A stretch of DNA of 57,818 nt, taken from Candidatus Gallimonas gallistercoris (GTDB lineage: Bacteria; Bacillota; Clostridia; Christensenellales; Borkfalkiaceae). Location: positions 1 through 57,818 of the forward strand of contig DXAJ01000034.1 in assembly GCA_019117085.1 (NCBI GenBank), given 5' to 3'. This document shows, piece by piece, positions 16,244-25,963 of the stretch. The first letter of the stretch is position 1; each line of letters opens with the position of its first letter. The notes under the pieces were generated by a model that was given only the letters and a program-made list of their open reading frames with translations, did not search any database and had not been told where the DNA came from. The translations under genes were made by a program, and so were the position numbers.

Positions 16244-17065
16244 TTAAACGATGACGCCCGCCGCATACAGCGAAAGGCAGGTGACGGCAAGGAGCGCCAG
16301 ATACAGGCTGAACCACTTGTAATTCGCCTTTTCGATGACGCGGAGCATGAATTTGACGGCGAAGAAGCCGCTCACCGCCGCGAAGACGACCCCGACGGCG
16401 ATGCCCAAAAACCCGCTCCCGCCGATGGAAGTGACGATCTCGGGCTGCTTTACGACGTCGATGCCGCTCACGAGCGCGCTGCCTAAAATGACGGGGATGC
16501 TCATGAGGAAGGAAAAGTGCGCGACGCTCTTGCGTTCCGCACCCGAAAGGACGCCCGCCGCGATCGTGGACCCGCTCCTCGAAATACCCGGAAAGAGCGC
16601 GACCGCCTGCACAAGCCCCATACAGACGCCGTGCTTCCAGCCGAAGGGCTGCGTTTCCTGACGCTTCTTACTAACGTGCTCTGCAACGAGCAGCAGCACC
16701 GCCGTCACGGCAAAACAGCACGAGAGGATGACAACGCCGTAGGGCCCGTTCGTGACATCCTCGATCCAGCCGTTGAAGAGAAGCCCGACGACGCCCGCGG
16801 GGATGGTGGCGACGATGAGGATGAGGAGCGTCTTGAAAGGCTTTTTGAAGAGGTCCAAAATATCCCGCCAGAGGACGGCGACGACCGCAATGAGCGTGCC
16901 GACGTGCAGCATGATGTCGAAAAACAGCGTGTTGCCGCCGAAGTCAGCGCCCAAAATGCGGTGCAAAAGCGCCAAATGTCCGCTTGAAGAAACGGGTAAG
17001 AACTCTGTGAGTCCTTGCACCGTTCCCAAAATGATCGATTGCCAGATGGCTGTCAAATATTCCAT
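16244..17065 (-). CDS. uppP: Undecaprenyl-diphosphate phosphatase
   Basis: QGLTEFLPVSSSGHL motif near the N-terminus, SRSGSTI motif, 8-TM profile, 273 aa. Confidence 0.92.
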   Translation of the reverse strand: MEYLTAIWQSIILGTVQGLTEFLPVSSSGHLALLHRILGADFGGNTLFFDIMLHVGTLIAVVAVLWRDILDLFKKPFKTLLILIVATIPAGVVGLLFNGWIEDVTNGPYGVVILSCCFAVTAVLLLVAEHVSKKRQETQPFGWKHGVCMGLVQAVALFPGISRSGSTIAAGVLSGAERKSVAHFSFLMSIPVILGSALVSGIDVVKQPEIVTSIGGSGFLGIAVGVVFAAVSGFFAVKFMLRVIEKANYKWFSLYLALLAVTCLSLYAAGVIV

Positions 17066-17077
17066 GAATAACCTCGC

Positions 17078-19180
17078 TTAGGAGTGGTCGTGACCGGCGT
17101 GAGGATCGTTCTCCGATCCGTCGAGGATGAGATCCTGATAGCGCTTCTCGTACACGGTGACGCAGGTGTCGTTGTCGTAGGAGTTGATGATCCCCGTCTG
17201 GCGGTCGGTCGCGTACGTCGTGAGGTTGGAAGATTTGAGCGCTTCGTAGTAGAGGTTGGAGAAGGTCCCCTCCTCTTCGATCTCGTTCCAATCGAAGGTG
17301 TAAGGCGTGTTCCCCGCGAAGGTGAACGTGCAGTAGATGATGTGCCAGCCGTAATCGGTGGGAACGACGACGATCGTGCCCGCGCCGCCGCGCACCGCTT
17401 CCTGCGCCGCATACTCGAATTCCTTCATGTAGTCGGTCGAGTTGGGGGAGATGGCATAGCCAAGGTAGCTGTTGAGCCCTGCCGTATCGGTGTTGTAGGC
17501 GAAGGAGAGCTCGTTCATCATGGACATGACGTTGTTCTCGTCCGAACCCGCGACGAACACGTTGTTGGCGTTGAAATCGGAAAGTTCGTTGACCTTCGCT
17601 TCGTAGTAGACGAAGGAGGAATAGTCCACCGTGCCGTCTTCGTTGTAGTATTCGGAGAGAGCCTTATCGTAATAGCTTTCGGATGCGGAGACCGTCTTTT
17701 CAAGCGTGTAGCCGTTGGCGGAGAGATAGCCTTCCATCTCGGAAAGGAACCCGTCGATCGTGATCTTCTCGGGCGTGATGGTAAACTCCGTCTTGCCGTG
17801 CTCGCCCTCCGTCTTATCGACGCTGCCGTTGTAGGTGTATTTGCCGTAGTAGTTGGGGATGGGCTCGTACTGCGCATTCTCGCCCGAGGACTTCTTCATG
17901 TTGTTTTCGAAGAAGAGGTACTCTCTTTCGGCATTGCCGCCCGTGTAAGCGTTATCCGCTTCTTCCGCGACGAAGGAATAGTCGTTATGCCCCGTGAACC
18001 AGGTGCGGCGCTGATCGGTGGCGCGGACGCTTTCGAGGAGGGAAGCGCGCGTCATGAACTTGTTGCCGTTCTTATCCCCTCTGTCGGCAGGCGCTTCATC
18101 GAGAGCGGCGGACTGCGTCGAGCTGAAAGGAAGCAGGATGTTGAGGACGAAGCCGTAGTTTTCGTCGGGCGCGTAGAGAACGAAGGAGGTATCCGAAACG
18201 CTGTCGAGCGCCGATTCGAAAGACGTCGTATCGGAAGAGAAGGTCTCCTGCTGTGATGCAAGCGTTTCTTCGTACTTCGACTTCACCCATTCTTCGGTGA
18301 TGACGCCCTCGGCTTCCGCTTCGAACGCTTCGCCGAGCTTTTCGATCACGGCGTCTTCATAGGTGCTCTTGCGCTGGGTATGGAAGTAGGAAAGCGAGGT
18401 AACGTCGCTCGTGTTTTCGCCCTTTTCGATGAGGCCGTAGCTGTTGAGGTTGGAAAGAAGGCGCTTGTAAGCGCGGGTACGCGTCGAGGGAGTGGAGCGC
18501 TCCACCGTCTCGTAAGAGCCGCAGTCGGACGCGGAATTGGAACCCGTATATACCTTGTAGGCGGGATCGATGAAATCTTCGTCGACGGTATCCACGCCCG
18601 TGGGGGTCGTGCGCGCATCCTCGTGATCGTGCTCGTCTTCAAAGTCGATGATGGCAGTTTCGAGCGAGTCGATCGCCGAGTTGAAGGCGACCTTAGCTTC
18701 GTACTCCGCCATCGCCTGCTCCTCTTCGTCGAGGAAGTAGGCAAGGCCCGCGATGTCCTTCTCCCCTTCTTCGGCTGCGTTCACCGCCGTTTCGTAGCCT
18801 TCGACGGTGTATTCGCCGCTCTTGAAGAAATATGCCTTGGCATACTGCAAATAGATGGCGCGGTTGACGAGGCTGTTTTTGATGAGTTCGTAAGTGTCGG
18901 CATAGCTGTAGCCGTAGGACTCGACATAGAGATAGCCGATGCTCATGAAGTTGGAAACGAGGTCGCGCTTGACGATCTCGAAAGGCTCGATGGCGTCTGC
19001 ATAAGCAGCATATTCGCCGCCCTCCGCGAACGCTTCGCTCTTCGTGATGTCGACTTCCGCAACGACTTGCGCGTAGTCCTTTTGAAGATCGGTGGAAACG
19101 AGGTCGCAGCCCGTGAGCGCGCCGAGCGCCATGACTGCCGCGATGCCCACTGCCGCCGTTTTTTTCCTGTTGAATGCCAT
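17078..19180 (-). CDS. Large lipoprotein, PrsA/SurA-like foldase with a parvulin-type domain apparently split by a large insertion
   Basis: Lipobox ALGALTGC. NYGFVLNILLPF...(long insert)...GLNSYLGYAISP...EFEYAA...GTIVVVPTDYGWHIIYC resembles a PpiC domain. Its position directly after mfd matches the mfd-prsA synteny of Clostridia. Confidence 0.55.
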   Translation of the reverse strand: MAFNRKKTAAVGIAAVMALGALTGCDLVSTDLQKDYAQVVAEVDITKSEAFAEGGEYAAYADAIEPFEIVKRDLVSNFMSIGYLYVESYGYSYADTYELIKNSLVNRAIYLQYAKAYFFKSGEYTVEGYETAVNAAEEGEKDIAGLAYFLDEEEQAMAEYEAKVAFNSAIDSLETAIIDFEDEHDHEDARTTPTGVDTVDEDFIDPAYKVYTGSNSASDCGSYETVERSTPSTRTRAYKRLLSNLNSYGLIEKGENTSDVTSLSYFHTQRKSTYEDAVIEKLGEAFEAEAEGVITEEWVKSKYEETLASQQETFSSDTTSFESALDSVSDTSFVLYAPDENYGFVLNILLPFSSTQSAALDEAPADRGDKNGNKFMTRASLLESVRATDQRRTWFTGHNDYSFVAEEADNAYTGGNAEREYLFFENNMKKSSGENAQYEPIPNYYGKYTYNGSVDKTEGEHGKTEFTITPEKITIDGFLSEMEGYLSANGYTLEKTVSASESYYDKALSEYYNEDGTVDYSSFVYYEAKVNELSDFNANNVFVAGSDENNVMSMMNELSFAYNTDTAGLNSYLGYAISPNSTDYMKEFEYAAQEAVRGGAGTIVVVPTDYGWHIIYCTFTFAGNTPYTFDWNEIEEEGTFSNLYYEALKSSNLTTYATDRQTGIINSYDNDTCVTVYEKRYQDLILDGSENDPHAGHDHS

Positions 19181-19246
19181 AAAATTCTCTGCTCCGAACG
19201 GTTACTCTTTTTTTTCGGGCGCATATATTGCGCCTCATACCTGCCT

Positions 19247-19275
19247 ATTATACCTTATTTTCGCTTGAAGTGCAA
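19247..19275 (-). promoter_or_regulatory. Sigma-70-like promoter for the PrsA-like/uppP transcript
   Basis: On the minus strand: TTGCAC, 17-nt spacer, TATAAT. Confidence 0.5.
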
Positions 19276-19292
19276 ATAATTCTCGGTGAAAA

Positions 19293-22200
19293 TCAAACAA
19301 AAGTTGCCGCAAACTTCAAGAATTTTGTCATGAGCACCATCGTCTTGCCGCCGTCGCCCAAAGATGCAAAGCGTACGACGGGTGCGCTCGTCATGTCGAG
19401 CGTGAGATACGAGCGGTATTTCTCCATCGCGGCGGAAAGTTTTTCGCCCGCCAGCGCTTCAAGGGAAGCGAATTCGAGGGCTCCCCCCTTCCCGCTCACC
19501 GAAATTTTTCTGACCGCGAACTTTGACGCATAGCTCTTCAAAACGGAGATGATGAGAAGGTTCTGCGTCTCGGGCGGGAGCGGACCGTACGTCTCCTCCA
19601 TGGAGACGCAGACGCGCTTGTAGTCGGACGTCGAACGGATCTCGGCGATCTGCTTGTAGCAGTCCATCCTGCCCGCCGCCGACTCGACGTAGCTTTCGGG
19701 GATGAACGCCGTCGTGCGGATGTCGAGATCGACGCTCTCGTGCTTGACGCCCGTGATCTCCTCCTGCAAAATTTTGGAGTAGAGCTCGTAGCCCACTTTG
19801 TCCATATGCCCGTGCTGTTCGGCGCCCAGGACGTTGCCCGCGCCGCGGATCTCGAGATCGCGCATGGCGATGCGGAAGCCCGAGCCGAGCTCGGTGAACT
19901 GCATGAGGGCTTTCAACCGTTCCGCCGCCTGCTGCGTCATGACGCGCTCGGGCTTGTAAGTAAAGTAGGCGTGCGCGAGGCGTTTGCCCCGCCCCACTCT
20001 GCCCCTGAGCTGATAGAGCTGGGAGATGCCGAGGCGGTCGGAATCGATGACGATGATGGTGTTGGCATTGGGAAGGTCGATGCCGTTTTCGATGATGGTA
20101 GTAGTGACGAGGATGTCGTACTCGCCGCGATAAAAACCGAAGACGTTCTTTTCGAGGACGAGCTTTTCCATCCTGCCGTGGGCGAGCGTGATGCGCGCTT
20201 CGGGGATGAGCTCCCCCATGCGCTTCGTGAAAGCGTGGATGCTCTCCACATGGTTATAGAGGATGAAGACCTGCCCGCCGCGGGCGATCTCGCGGACGCA
20301 GGCGTCGCGGATGAGCGGTTCGGACTCTTCGGCGACGTACGTCTGCACGGGAAGGCGGGCATGCGGCGGCGTCTGGATGGTGGAGATGTCGCGGATGCCC
20401 GAAAGAGAGAGGTGCAGCGTGCGCGGGATGGGCGTCGCCGTCATCGTGAGGCAGTCGACGTTGCGCTTGATGTCCTTTAATTTTTCCTTGTGTTCGACGC
20501 CGAAGCGCTGCTCCTCGTCGAGGATGAGAAGCCCGAGGTCGCGGAACTTCACGTCTTTGGAAAGAAGGCGGTGGGTGCCGATGAGAAGGTCCACTTCCCC
20601 CTTTTCAAGGGCAGCCAAAATTCTCGTCTGTTCCCGCTCGCTGCGGAAGCGGTTCAAACACGCGATGCGCACGCCGAAGTCCTTCATCCTCGCTTCGGCG
20701 GTGCGGAAGTGCTGTTCGCTCAAAACGGTGCTGGGGCACATGAGGGCTGCCTGCCGCCCGTCGAGGACGCAGAGATAGGCTGCCCTGAGCGCCACTTCCG
20801 TCTTGCCGAAGCCGACGTCGCCGCAGAGGAGGCGGTCCATCACCTTATCCGAACACATGTCCGCCTTGATCTCGGCGATGGATGAGAGCTGATCGGGCGT
20901 CTCTTCATAGGGGAACGCCGATTCGAACTCTTCCATCTCCTCTTCGTAAGCGGGGAAGACATAGCCCTTGCGCTCCTGCCGTTCGGCATAGAGCTGCTTT
21001 AAGTCGAGCGCCATCTTTTTGAGAGACGCCCTGACGCGCGCCTTGACGCGCTCAAATTCGCCGCCGCCGATCTTGGAGAGCCCGGGGCTGTCCTCCCCCA
21101 TGTATTTGGAGAGGATATCCATCTGCTCGACGGGAACATAGAGGGTGTCGCCGTCGCGGTATTCGAGGGCGACGTACTCCTTGATGCCGTCCGTCGTTTC
21201 GATCTTCTTGGTGCCCGTGATCTTGCCGACGCCGTACGTCTCGTGCACGGCGTAGTCCCCCACCTCGGGCGCGAGGAAAAGATCCCCCCGCTTCTTCTTG
21301 ATGCGGCGGGCGGAGGCCGTCTTGCGGAAGAGATCGCCCGTGCCGATGACGGCGAGCTTGCTCTCGTGCACCAAAAAGCCCTGTTCGAGGGTATTTTCGA
21401 GGACGCTCACGCCCTTGAGATCGTAGAGTTTTTTAGGCAGCGGGACGCAAGGAAAGCCGTTGTCGAAGAGCTGTTCTCTGGTCTTTTCGGCGCGCTCCGC
21501 AGTGCCGCACCACAGCATGACGCGATACCCCGTCCTCTTCCAAATAGAGAGGTCGGAAAGGAGGTCTTCAAAGGAATTTAAGTACCTGCGGACGGGCGCG
21601 GAGGTAAAGTTGTGGACGGAGAGCGGGCGGAAGAGGCGGACGTCGGAAAGAAAGGCGGAGAGCGCGAGCTTGGGAAGAAGAGCGATCTCGTCTTCCATGT
21701 CTTCGAGCGCCACATATTGCCGAAGGGAGAAGTTCATCGCCTCGCCCCCTTCGAGGAGCTGCGCGCAGCGCTCCATATGTTCCTTCCAAAGGCCGTCCAA
21801 TTTATCGGAGATGAGTTTGCATTCGTCGAAGATGACGAGCGTTTCGCCGTCCAATACGGAGAAGAAGGGCACGGCGGAAGAGAGGAGCGGGAGAGTAAAA
21901 TCGCTCGCCTGCTCTTCGGTTTCGATGGCGGAGATGATGTCTGCCATCCTGCCCGCCGCCTGCGAACTCTTGGCGCGGCGGGCTTCCTTCTTCATGGCGG
22001 CAAGGACGCGCTCCTTTTCGCCCTCTTCGTAAAAAGCGTCCGTCGCCGAACAGATGTCGACGCGGTCGAGGACGGGATAGCGCTCCGCCGTCACTTCGTC
22101 GTAGGGTTTGATCGCTTCCACCTCGTCGCCGAAAAAGTCGATGCGGACGGGGTGTTCGAGGTTGACGGGCCAGATGTCGAGGATGTCGCCGCGGAGGGCG

Positions 22201-22688
22201 AAGCTCCCCTTGGCTTCCACGTTGTACTCGCGGCTGTACCCCAACGAGACGAGCGATCGAAGGAGAACGGAAAGGTCGGTCTCTCCCCCCGCCGCGAGCG
22301 TGACGACGGGAAGGCGGGCGGGCACGAGCTGTAAGACCGCTTCGATATCGCAGACGAGCACTTCCGCGCCCGTCTGCCATTCGTAAAGGGCGTTCAGGCG
22401 GGCAAAGAGCGCATCTTTGGAGAGAGCGCGGCGGTAAGTGAGCACTTCGTCCTTTGCGGCAAGGAGCGCGCAGCGTTTGCCCGAGAGCGCGGCGATGCTC
22501 TCTTTCGCGCGCTTTGCGGTGAGGGCGTCCGCCGTCACATAGACGACGCGGCGGGAAGGGAGCGCGCCGATGAGATACTTCTGCGCGTCCGAAAGGCCGT
22601 AGCAAGCCGTGGGCACGCCGTGTTCGACGTCCCTGCCCAAAAGCGCGTACTCGCCGCTCAGTTGTTCAAACGAGAAAAATCCCTTCAT
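19293..22688 (-). CDS. mfd: Transcription-repair coupling factor
   Basis: 1131 aa. CarD-like domain, helicase motifs GDVGFGKTEVA, DEEQRFGV, TATPIPRT, and C-terminal TRCF domain. Confidence 0.95.
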   Translation of the reverse strand: MKGFFSFEQLSGEYALLGRDVEHGVPTACYGLSDAQKYLIGALPSRRVVYVTADALTAKRAKESIAALSGKRCALLAAKDEVLTYRRALSKDALFARLNALYEWQTGAEVLVCDIEAVLQLVPARLPVVTLAAGGETDLSVLLRSLVSLGYSREYNVEAKGSFALRGDILDIWPVNLEHPVRIDFFGDEVEAIKPYDEVTAERYPVLDRVDICSATDAFYEEGEKERVLAAMKKEARRAKSSQAAGRMADIISAIETEEQASDFTLPLLSSAVPFFSVLDGETLVIFDECKLISDKLDGLWKEHMERCAQLLEGGEAMNFSLRQYVALEDMEDEIALLPKLALSAFLSDVRLFRPLSVHNFTSAPVRRYLNSFEDLLSDLSIWKRTGYRVMLWCGTAERAEKTREQLFDNGFPCVPLPKKLYDLKGVSVLENTLEQGFLVHESKLAVIGTGDLFRKTASARRIKKKRGDLFLAPEVGDYAVHETYGVGKITGTKKIETTDGIKEYVALEYRDGDTLYVPVEQMDILSKYMGEDSPGLSKIGGGEFERVKARVRASLKKMALDLKQLYAERQERKGYVFPAYEEEMEEFESAFPYEETPDQLSSIAEIKADMCSDKVMDRLLCGDVGFGKTEVALRAAYLCVLDGRQAALMCPSTVLSEQHFRTAEARMKDFGVRIACLNRFRSEREQTRILAALEKGEVDLLIGTHRLLSKDVKFRDLGLLILDEEQRFGVEHKEKLKDIKRNVDCLTMTATPIPRTLHLSLSGIRDISTIQTPPHARLPVQTYVAEESEPLIRDACVREIARGGQVFILYNHVESIHAFTKRMGELIPEARITLAHGRMEKLVLEKNVFGFYRGEYDILVTTTIIENGIDLPNANTIIVIDSDRLGISQLYQLRGRVGRGKRLAHAYFTYKPERVMTQQAAERLKALMQFTELGSGFRIAMRDLEIRGAGNVLGAEQHGHMDKVGYELYSKILQEEITGVKHESVDLDIRTTAFIPESYVESAAGRMDCYKQIAEIRSTSDYKRVCVSMEETYGPLPPETQNLLIISVLKSYASKFAVRKISVSGKGGALEFASLEALAGEKLSAAMEKYRSYLTLDMTSAPVVRFASLGDGGKTMVLMTKFLKFAATFV

Positions 22689-23248
22689 CCGTTATATTTG
22701 GTCATGACGCGCTCCACCTCTTCGCCCGAAGCGAGGGCAAGCGCCGCTTCCGCCGCCTTATGGCACGCCGCGGAAAACAGTTCGTAGTCGTCCTTGCGCA
22801 CGTCTTGCAGCACATAATCGATGATGGGGACGTTGATCTCCGGGTCGCGGATGCCGATGCGGATGCGGGCGAAATCGGAGGTGCCGATCTCCGCGATGAC
22901 GGAACGCATGCCGTTGTGCGTGCCCGCGCTGCCCGAGGGGCGGATACGGACGTGGCCCTTGGGGAGATCGTAATCGTCGTATAAAACGACCATCTCGTGC
23001 GGGGAGATTTTATACTTTGCCATGAGCTGCTTGACGGCGCGGCCCGAGGCGTTCATGTACGTCATGGGGCGGGCGATAACGACCTTTTCGCCGCGCACGA
23101 AGGCTTCGGCGACGGAGGCTTCGCACTCCTTCTTTTTAAATTTGGTGTTGAGCGCTTCGGCGGCGTCCCCCGCTGCCAGAAAGCCCATGTTGTGGAAGGT
23201 CTTTTCGTACTTTTTTTCGGGGTTGCCGAGCCCCACGATGAGATACAT
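22685..23248 (-). CDS. pth: Peptidyl-tRNA hydrolase
   Basis: MYLIVGLGNPEKKYEKTFHNMGF...GTHNGMRS. Start moved to ATG 23248; there is a 4-nt ATGA overlap with mfd. Confidence 0.93.
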   Translation of the reverse strand: MYLIVGLGNPEKKYEKTFHNMGFLAAGDAAEALNTKFKKKECEASVAEAFVRGEKVVIARPMTYMNASGRAVKQLMAKYKISPHEMVVLYDDYDLPKGHVRIRPSGSAGTHNGMRSVIAEIGTSDFARIRIGIRDPEINVPIIDYVLQDVRKDDYELFSAACHKAAEAALALASGEEVERVMTKYNG

Positions 23249-23314
23249 ATGCTGTTCCTGCCTGAAAAAATGCCCGCCGCCTTGCGGCGGCGGTTCTGAA
23301 TGTGCCAATAGCGC

Positions 23315-24262
23315 TTAGTCGTAAATTTTGGACATGGGTTTATCGAGATAGACGTTCTCGATGGCGGCGGCGAAAATATCTGCCGTCGAAAGGATCTTGA
23401 TCTTGGGAAGATGCTTTTCTTCGGGGAGTTGGATGGTATCGAGCATCACGAGCTCGGTGATGGGCGAGGAAGCGAGGCGTTCCACGGCGGGGCCCGAAAG
23501 GACGGCGTGCGTGCAGGACGCGTAAATTTCCGTTGCGCCCTGATCGACGAGCGCCTTGGCGCCCTGGACGATGGTGCCCGCGGTATCGATCATGTCGTCG
23601 ACGAGGAGGCACTTCTTGCCTTCGACGTTGCCGATGATGTTCATGACTTCCATGACGTTCGCCTTGGGACGGCGCTTATCGATGATCGCCATCGGGCAGT
23701 TAAGGCGCTCTGCGACCTTGCGCGCACGGTTGACGGAGCCGATATCGGGCGAGACGACGATGAAGTTTTCGTCCATCTTGTGTTCGAAGTAGCTGTAAAG
23801 GAGAGGGCCCCCCAAAAGGTTATCGACGGGGATATCGAAGAAGCCCTGGATCTGCGCGGCGTGAAGGTCCATCGTGAGGACGCGGTCGGCGCCGGCGGAA
23901 GTTAAAAGGTCTGCAACGAGCTTTGCCGTGATGGGATCGCGCGAGCGGGCCTTTCTGTCCTGACGGGCATAGCCGAAGTACGGGATGACCGCCGTCACGC
24001 GGCCTGCGGAGGCGCGCTTTGCAGCGTCGATCATAATGAGCAGTTCCATCAGGTTATCGTTGACGGGCGCGCAGGTGGACTGAATGATGAAGAGGTCTCT
24101 GCCTCGCACCGTTTCGCCGATGTGGACGCTCGTCTCCCCGTCCGAGAACTTGCCGACTTCGATGTCGCCCAGCGTCGTGTTGAGCTTCTTGGCGATCGCC
24201 TCGGCAAGGGGGCGGTTGGAATTGCCGGAAAAGAGCTTGATTTCGTTACCGTGTGTGATCAT
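23315..24262 (-). CDS. prs: Ribose-phosphate pyrophosphokinase
   Basis: [33 protein letters not shown], and PRPP loop [12 protein letters not shown]. Start moved to MITHGN (24262). Confidence 0.95.
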   Translation of the reverse strand: MITHGNEIKLFSGNSNRPLAEAIAKKLNTTLGDIEVGKFSDGETSVHIGETVRGRDLFIIQSTCAPVNDNLMELLIMIDAAKRASAGRVTAVIPYFGYARQDRKARSRDPITAKLVADLLTSAGADRVLTMDLHAAQIQGFFDIPVDNLLGGPLLYSYFEHKMDENFIVVSPDIGSVNRARKVAERLNCPMAIIDKRRPKANVMEVMNIIGNVEGKKCLLVDDMIDTAGTIVQGAKALVDQGATEIYASCTHAVLSGPAVERLASSPITELVMLDTIQLPEEKHLPKIKILSTADIFAAAIENVYLDKPMSKIYD

Positions 24263-24346
24263 TTCGTCATCCTCTGTATTATTTCGGGCGGCACCGCCCG
24301 CTTTTCGGCATTTCAAGCGGAGCCCGAAGTTCGGACCCGCTTGTCT

Positions 24347-24375
24347 ATTCTACCCTCTTTCTGAGGGAAAGTCAA
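24347..24375 (-). promoter_or_regulatory. Sigma-70-like promoter upstream of prs
   Basis: On the minus strand: TTGACT, 17-nt spacer, TAGAAT, followed by an ~85-nt leader with two GC hairpins. Confidence 0.5.
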
Positions 24376-24380
24376 CCGTT

Positions 24381-24911
24381 TTATTCGTGTTTTTCCGTTT
24401 TGGGAAGACGCCCTTTGCGCGCCGCTTTCTTTTGCGCCTTTGCCTTCTTTTTCTCCTTTTCCGCCTTCTCCCGCGCGCGCATTTCGATGAAGAAGGAGGA
24501 AAGCACGCGCGAACACTCCTCTTCGAGCACGCCGCCTATAACTTCCACCTTATGGTTGAGGAGGTTGGCGTTTGCAAGCGCCTCGGTGAGGCTCCTGCCC
24601 TTTTGCTCGTATGCGCCGAAATAGACGCGCTTTATCCGCGCGTTCAGGATGGCGCCCATGCACATGGGGCAGGGTTCGAGCGTGACGTAGAGCTCGGCTT
24701 CGGGCAGCCGCCAGGACTGTTCTTTTTTGCAGGCGCGGTCGATGGCGCGCATTTCGGCGTGCGCCGTCGCCATCTGCAATTTCGTGCGGAGGTTATAGCC
24801 CCTGCCGACGATCTTCCCGTTCAGAACGACGACGGCGCCGATAGGGACTTCCCCCCTCTTTTTGGCGCGTTCGGCGAGCTTGATGGCTTCTCGCATGAAT
24901 TTTTCTTCCAT
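24381..24911 (-). CDS. tadA: tRNA adenosine(34) deaminase with a Lys-rich C-terminal tail
   Basis: HAEMRAI...LEPCPMCMGAI zinc motif. AAGGAG RBS 7 nt upstream of ATG 24911. Confidence 0.9.
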   Translation of the reverse strand: MEEKFMREAIKLAERAKKRGEVPIGAVVVLNGKIVGRGYNLRTKLQMATAHAEMRAIDRACKKEQSWRLPEAELYVTLEPCPMCMGAILNARIKRVYFGAYEQKGRSLTEALANANLLNHKVEVIGGVLEEECSRVLSSFFIEMRAREKAEKEKKKAKAQKKAARKGRLPKTEKHE

Positions 24912-25729
24912 AGGTACTCCTTTGCGGCACGCGACGCCGCGCGGACGATCTCCCCCGCCCGCTCCGAAATGGCGGGGAGCGACTCCTCCCCCAACGGATG
25001 GGCGAGCCGCTCCTCCCCCGCTTCAACGGTAAGCGCGGGGATACGGAGCGCTTCGATGCACCAATCTTTATATCCGCCCGAAGAGCGCTTCGCCTCTTTC
25101 AGGGGATAGCCCGATGCAGCCGCGACGGCACGGGCGAAACAAAGATCGCGCGCAAGGCGGAGGGGCGGCTGATGAAAATGCCAATAAATTTCTTCGCCCT
25201 TGGTGTGGAAGGAGAGCGTATAGTCGGGCTTCTCTTGGAGGGTGAAGGCGGCAAGGGCGCGACTTTCGGGGGCGCTCAACGGGCATTCGCCCACAAAATT
25301 GGCGGGAGCGGGCGAAAAGACGTTTTTTGCGCCCTTCCCCCAGCGCGCGGGAAAGTTGACGTTGAGGTCGGTGCCTTCGGCGTTCGCCTTCCAAAGGGAA
25401 AAATCATCGCCGCCGTTGAGGGAGAGCAGCGCTTCGCGGCGGGGCGGGCGGACGCTTTCGATCCCCCTTTGCACGAGAAGGGCGCCGTCGGGGTCGACAA
25501 GCGGAACAAACCACACGCTGCCGAAGGGGACGGAGCGCTTCATGTGTTCGAGCGCGAGGAGCGCCGTCACCCACTCGCGCGCGTGGATCGCATAGACGGC
25601 GATGCCGAGAGGCCTTCCCTCCCCCATGCGGAAGGCGAAGAGGGCGCGGCGTTCTACGCTTCTGCCGATGACGCGTTTTTCTCCCGTATATGCGCCGTAG
25701 GCGGCGCGGATGCGGCGATAGATGTCCAT
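24821..25729 (-). CDS. M14-family zinc carboxypeptidase (gamma-D-glutamyl-meso-DAP peptidase-like)
   Basis: IHAREWVT (HxxE zinc motif) and the YTLSFHTKGEEIYW region. Start moved to MDIYRR (25729). The 3' end overlaps tadA by 91 nt. Confidence 0.75.
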   Translation of the reverse strand: MDIYRRIRAAYGAYTGEKRVIGRSVERRALFAFRMGEGRPLGIAVYAIHAREWVTALLALEHMKRSVPFGSVWFVPLVDPDGALLVQRGIESVRPPRREALLSLNGGDDFSLWKANAEGTDLNVNFPARWGKGAKNVFSPAPANFVGECPLSAPESRALAAFTLQEKPDYTLSFHTKGEEIYWHFHQPPLRLARDLCFARAVAAASGYPLKEAKRSSGGYKDWCIEALRIPALTVEAGEERLAHPLGEESLPAISERAGEIVRAASRAAKEYLWKKNSCEKPSSSPNAPKRGGKSLSAPSSF

Positions 25730-25734
25730 TCTGC

Positions 25735-25962
25735 ATTGTATGCGGGAAGGACGGGGCGGGGTGAAAGGCAAAACTCCTTCCGTCTGCTGCGCAGACACCT
25801 CCCTCGGAGAGGGAGGCAAGGAAGAGTTGAAAAACGGGGCGGGGTGAAAGGAATGAGCCTTGAAAAAACGCGTTCGGCGGAAAGATGGGGCGGAATCAAC
25901 AACCCCTCCGGCTTGCCTTTGGCAAGCCACCTCCCCTTACACAGGGGAGGCAAAAATGAGGA
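25735..25962. repeat. Mosaic of dispersed hairpin modules inside a co-directional gene string (between rlmH and the M14 peptidase gene)
   Basis: GTCTGC-tgc-GCAGAC, CCTCCCTC-gga-GAGGGAGG, GGCTTGCC-ttt-GGCAAGCC, CCTCCCC-ttacaca-GGGGAGG, plus an internal direct repeat ACGGGGCGGGGTGAAAGG x2. The modules are shared with 29780-29960. Confidence 0.85.
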
Positions 25963-25963
25963 A

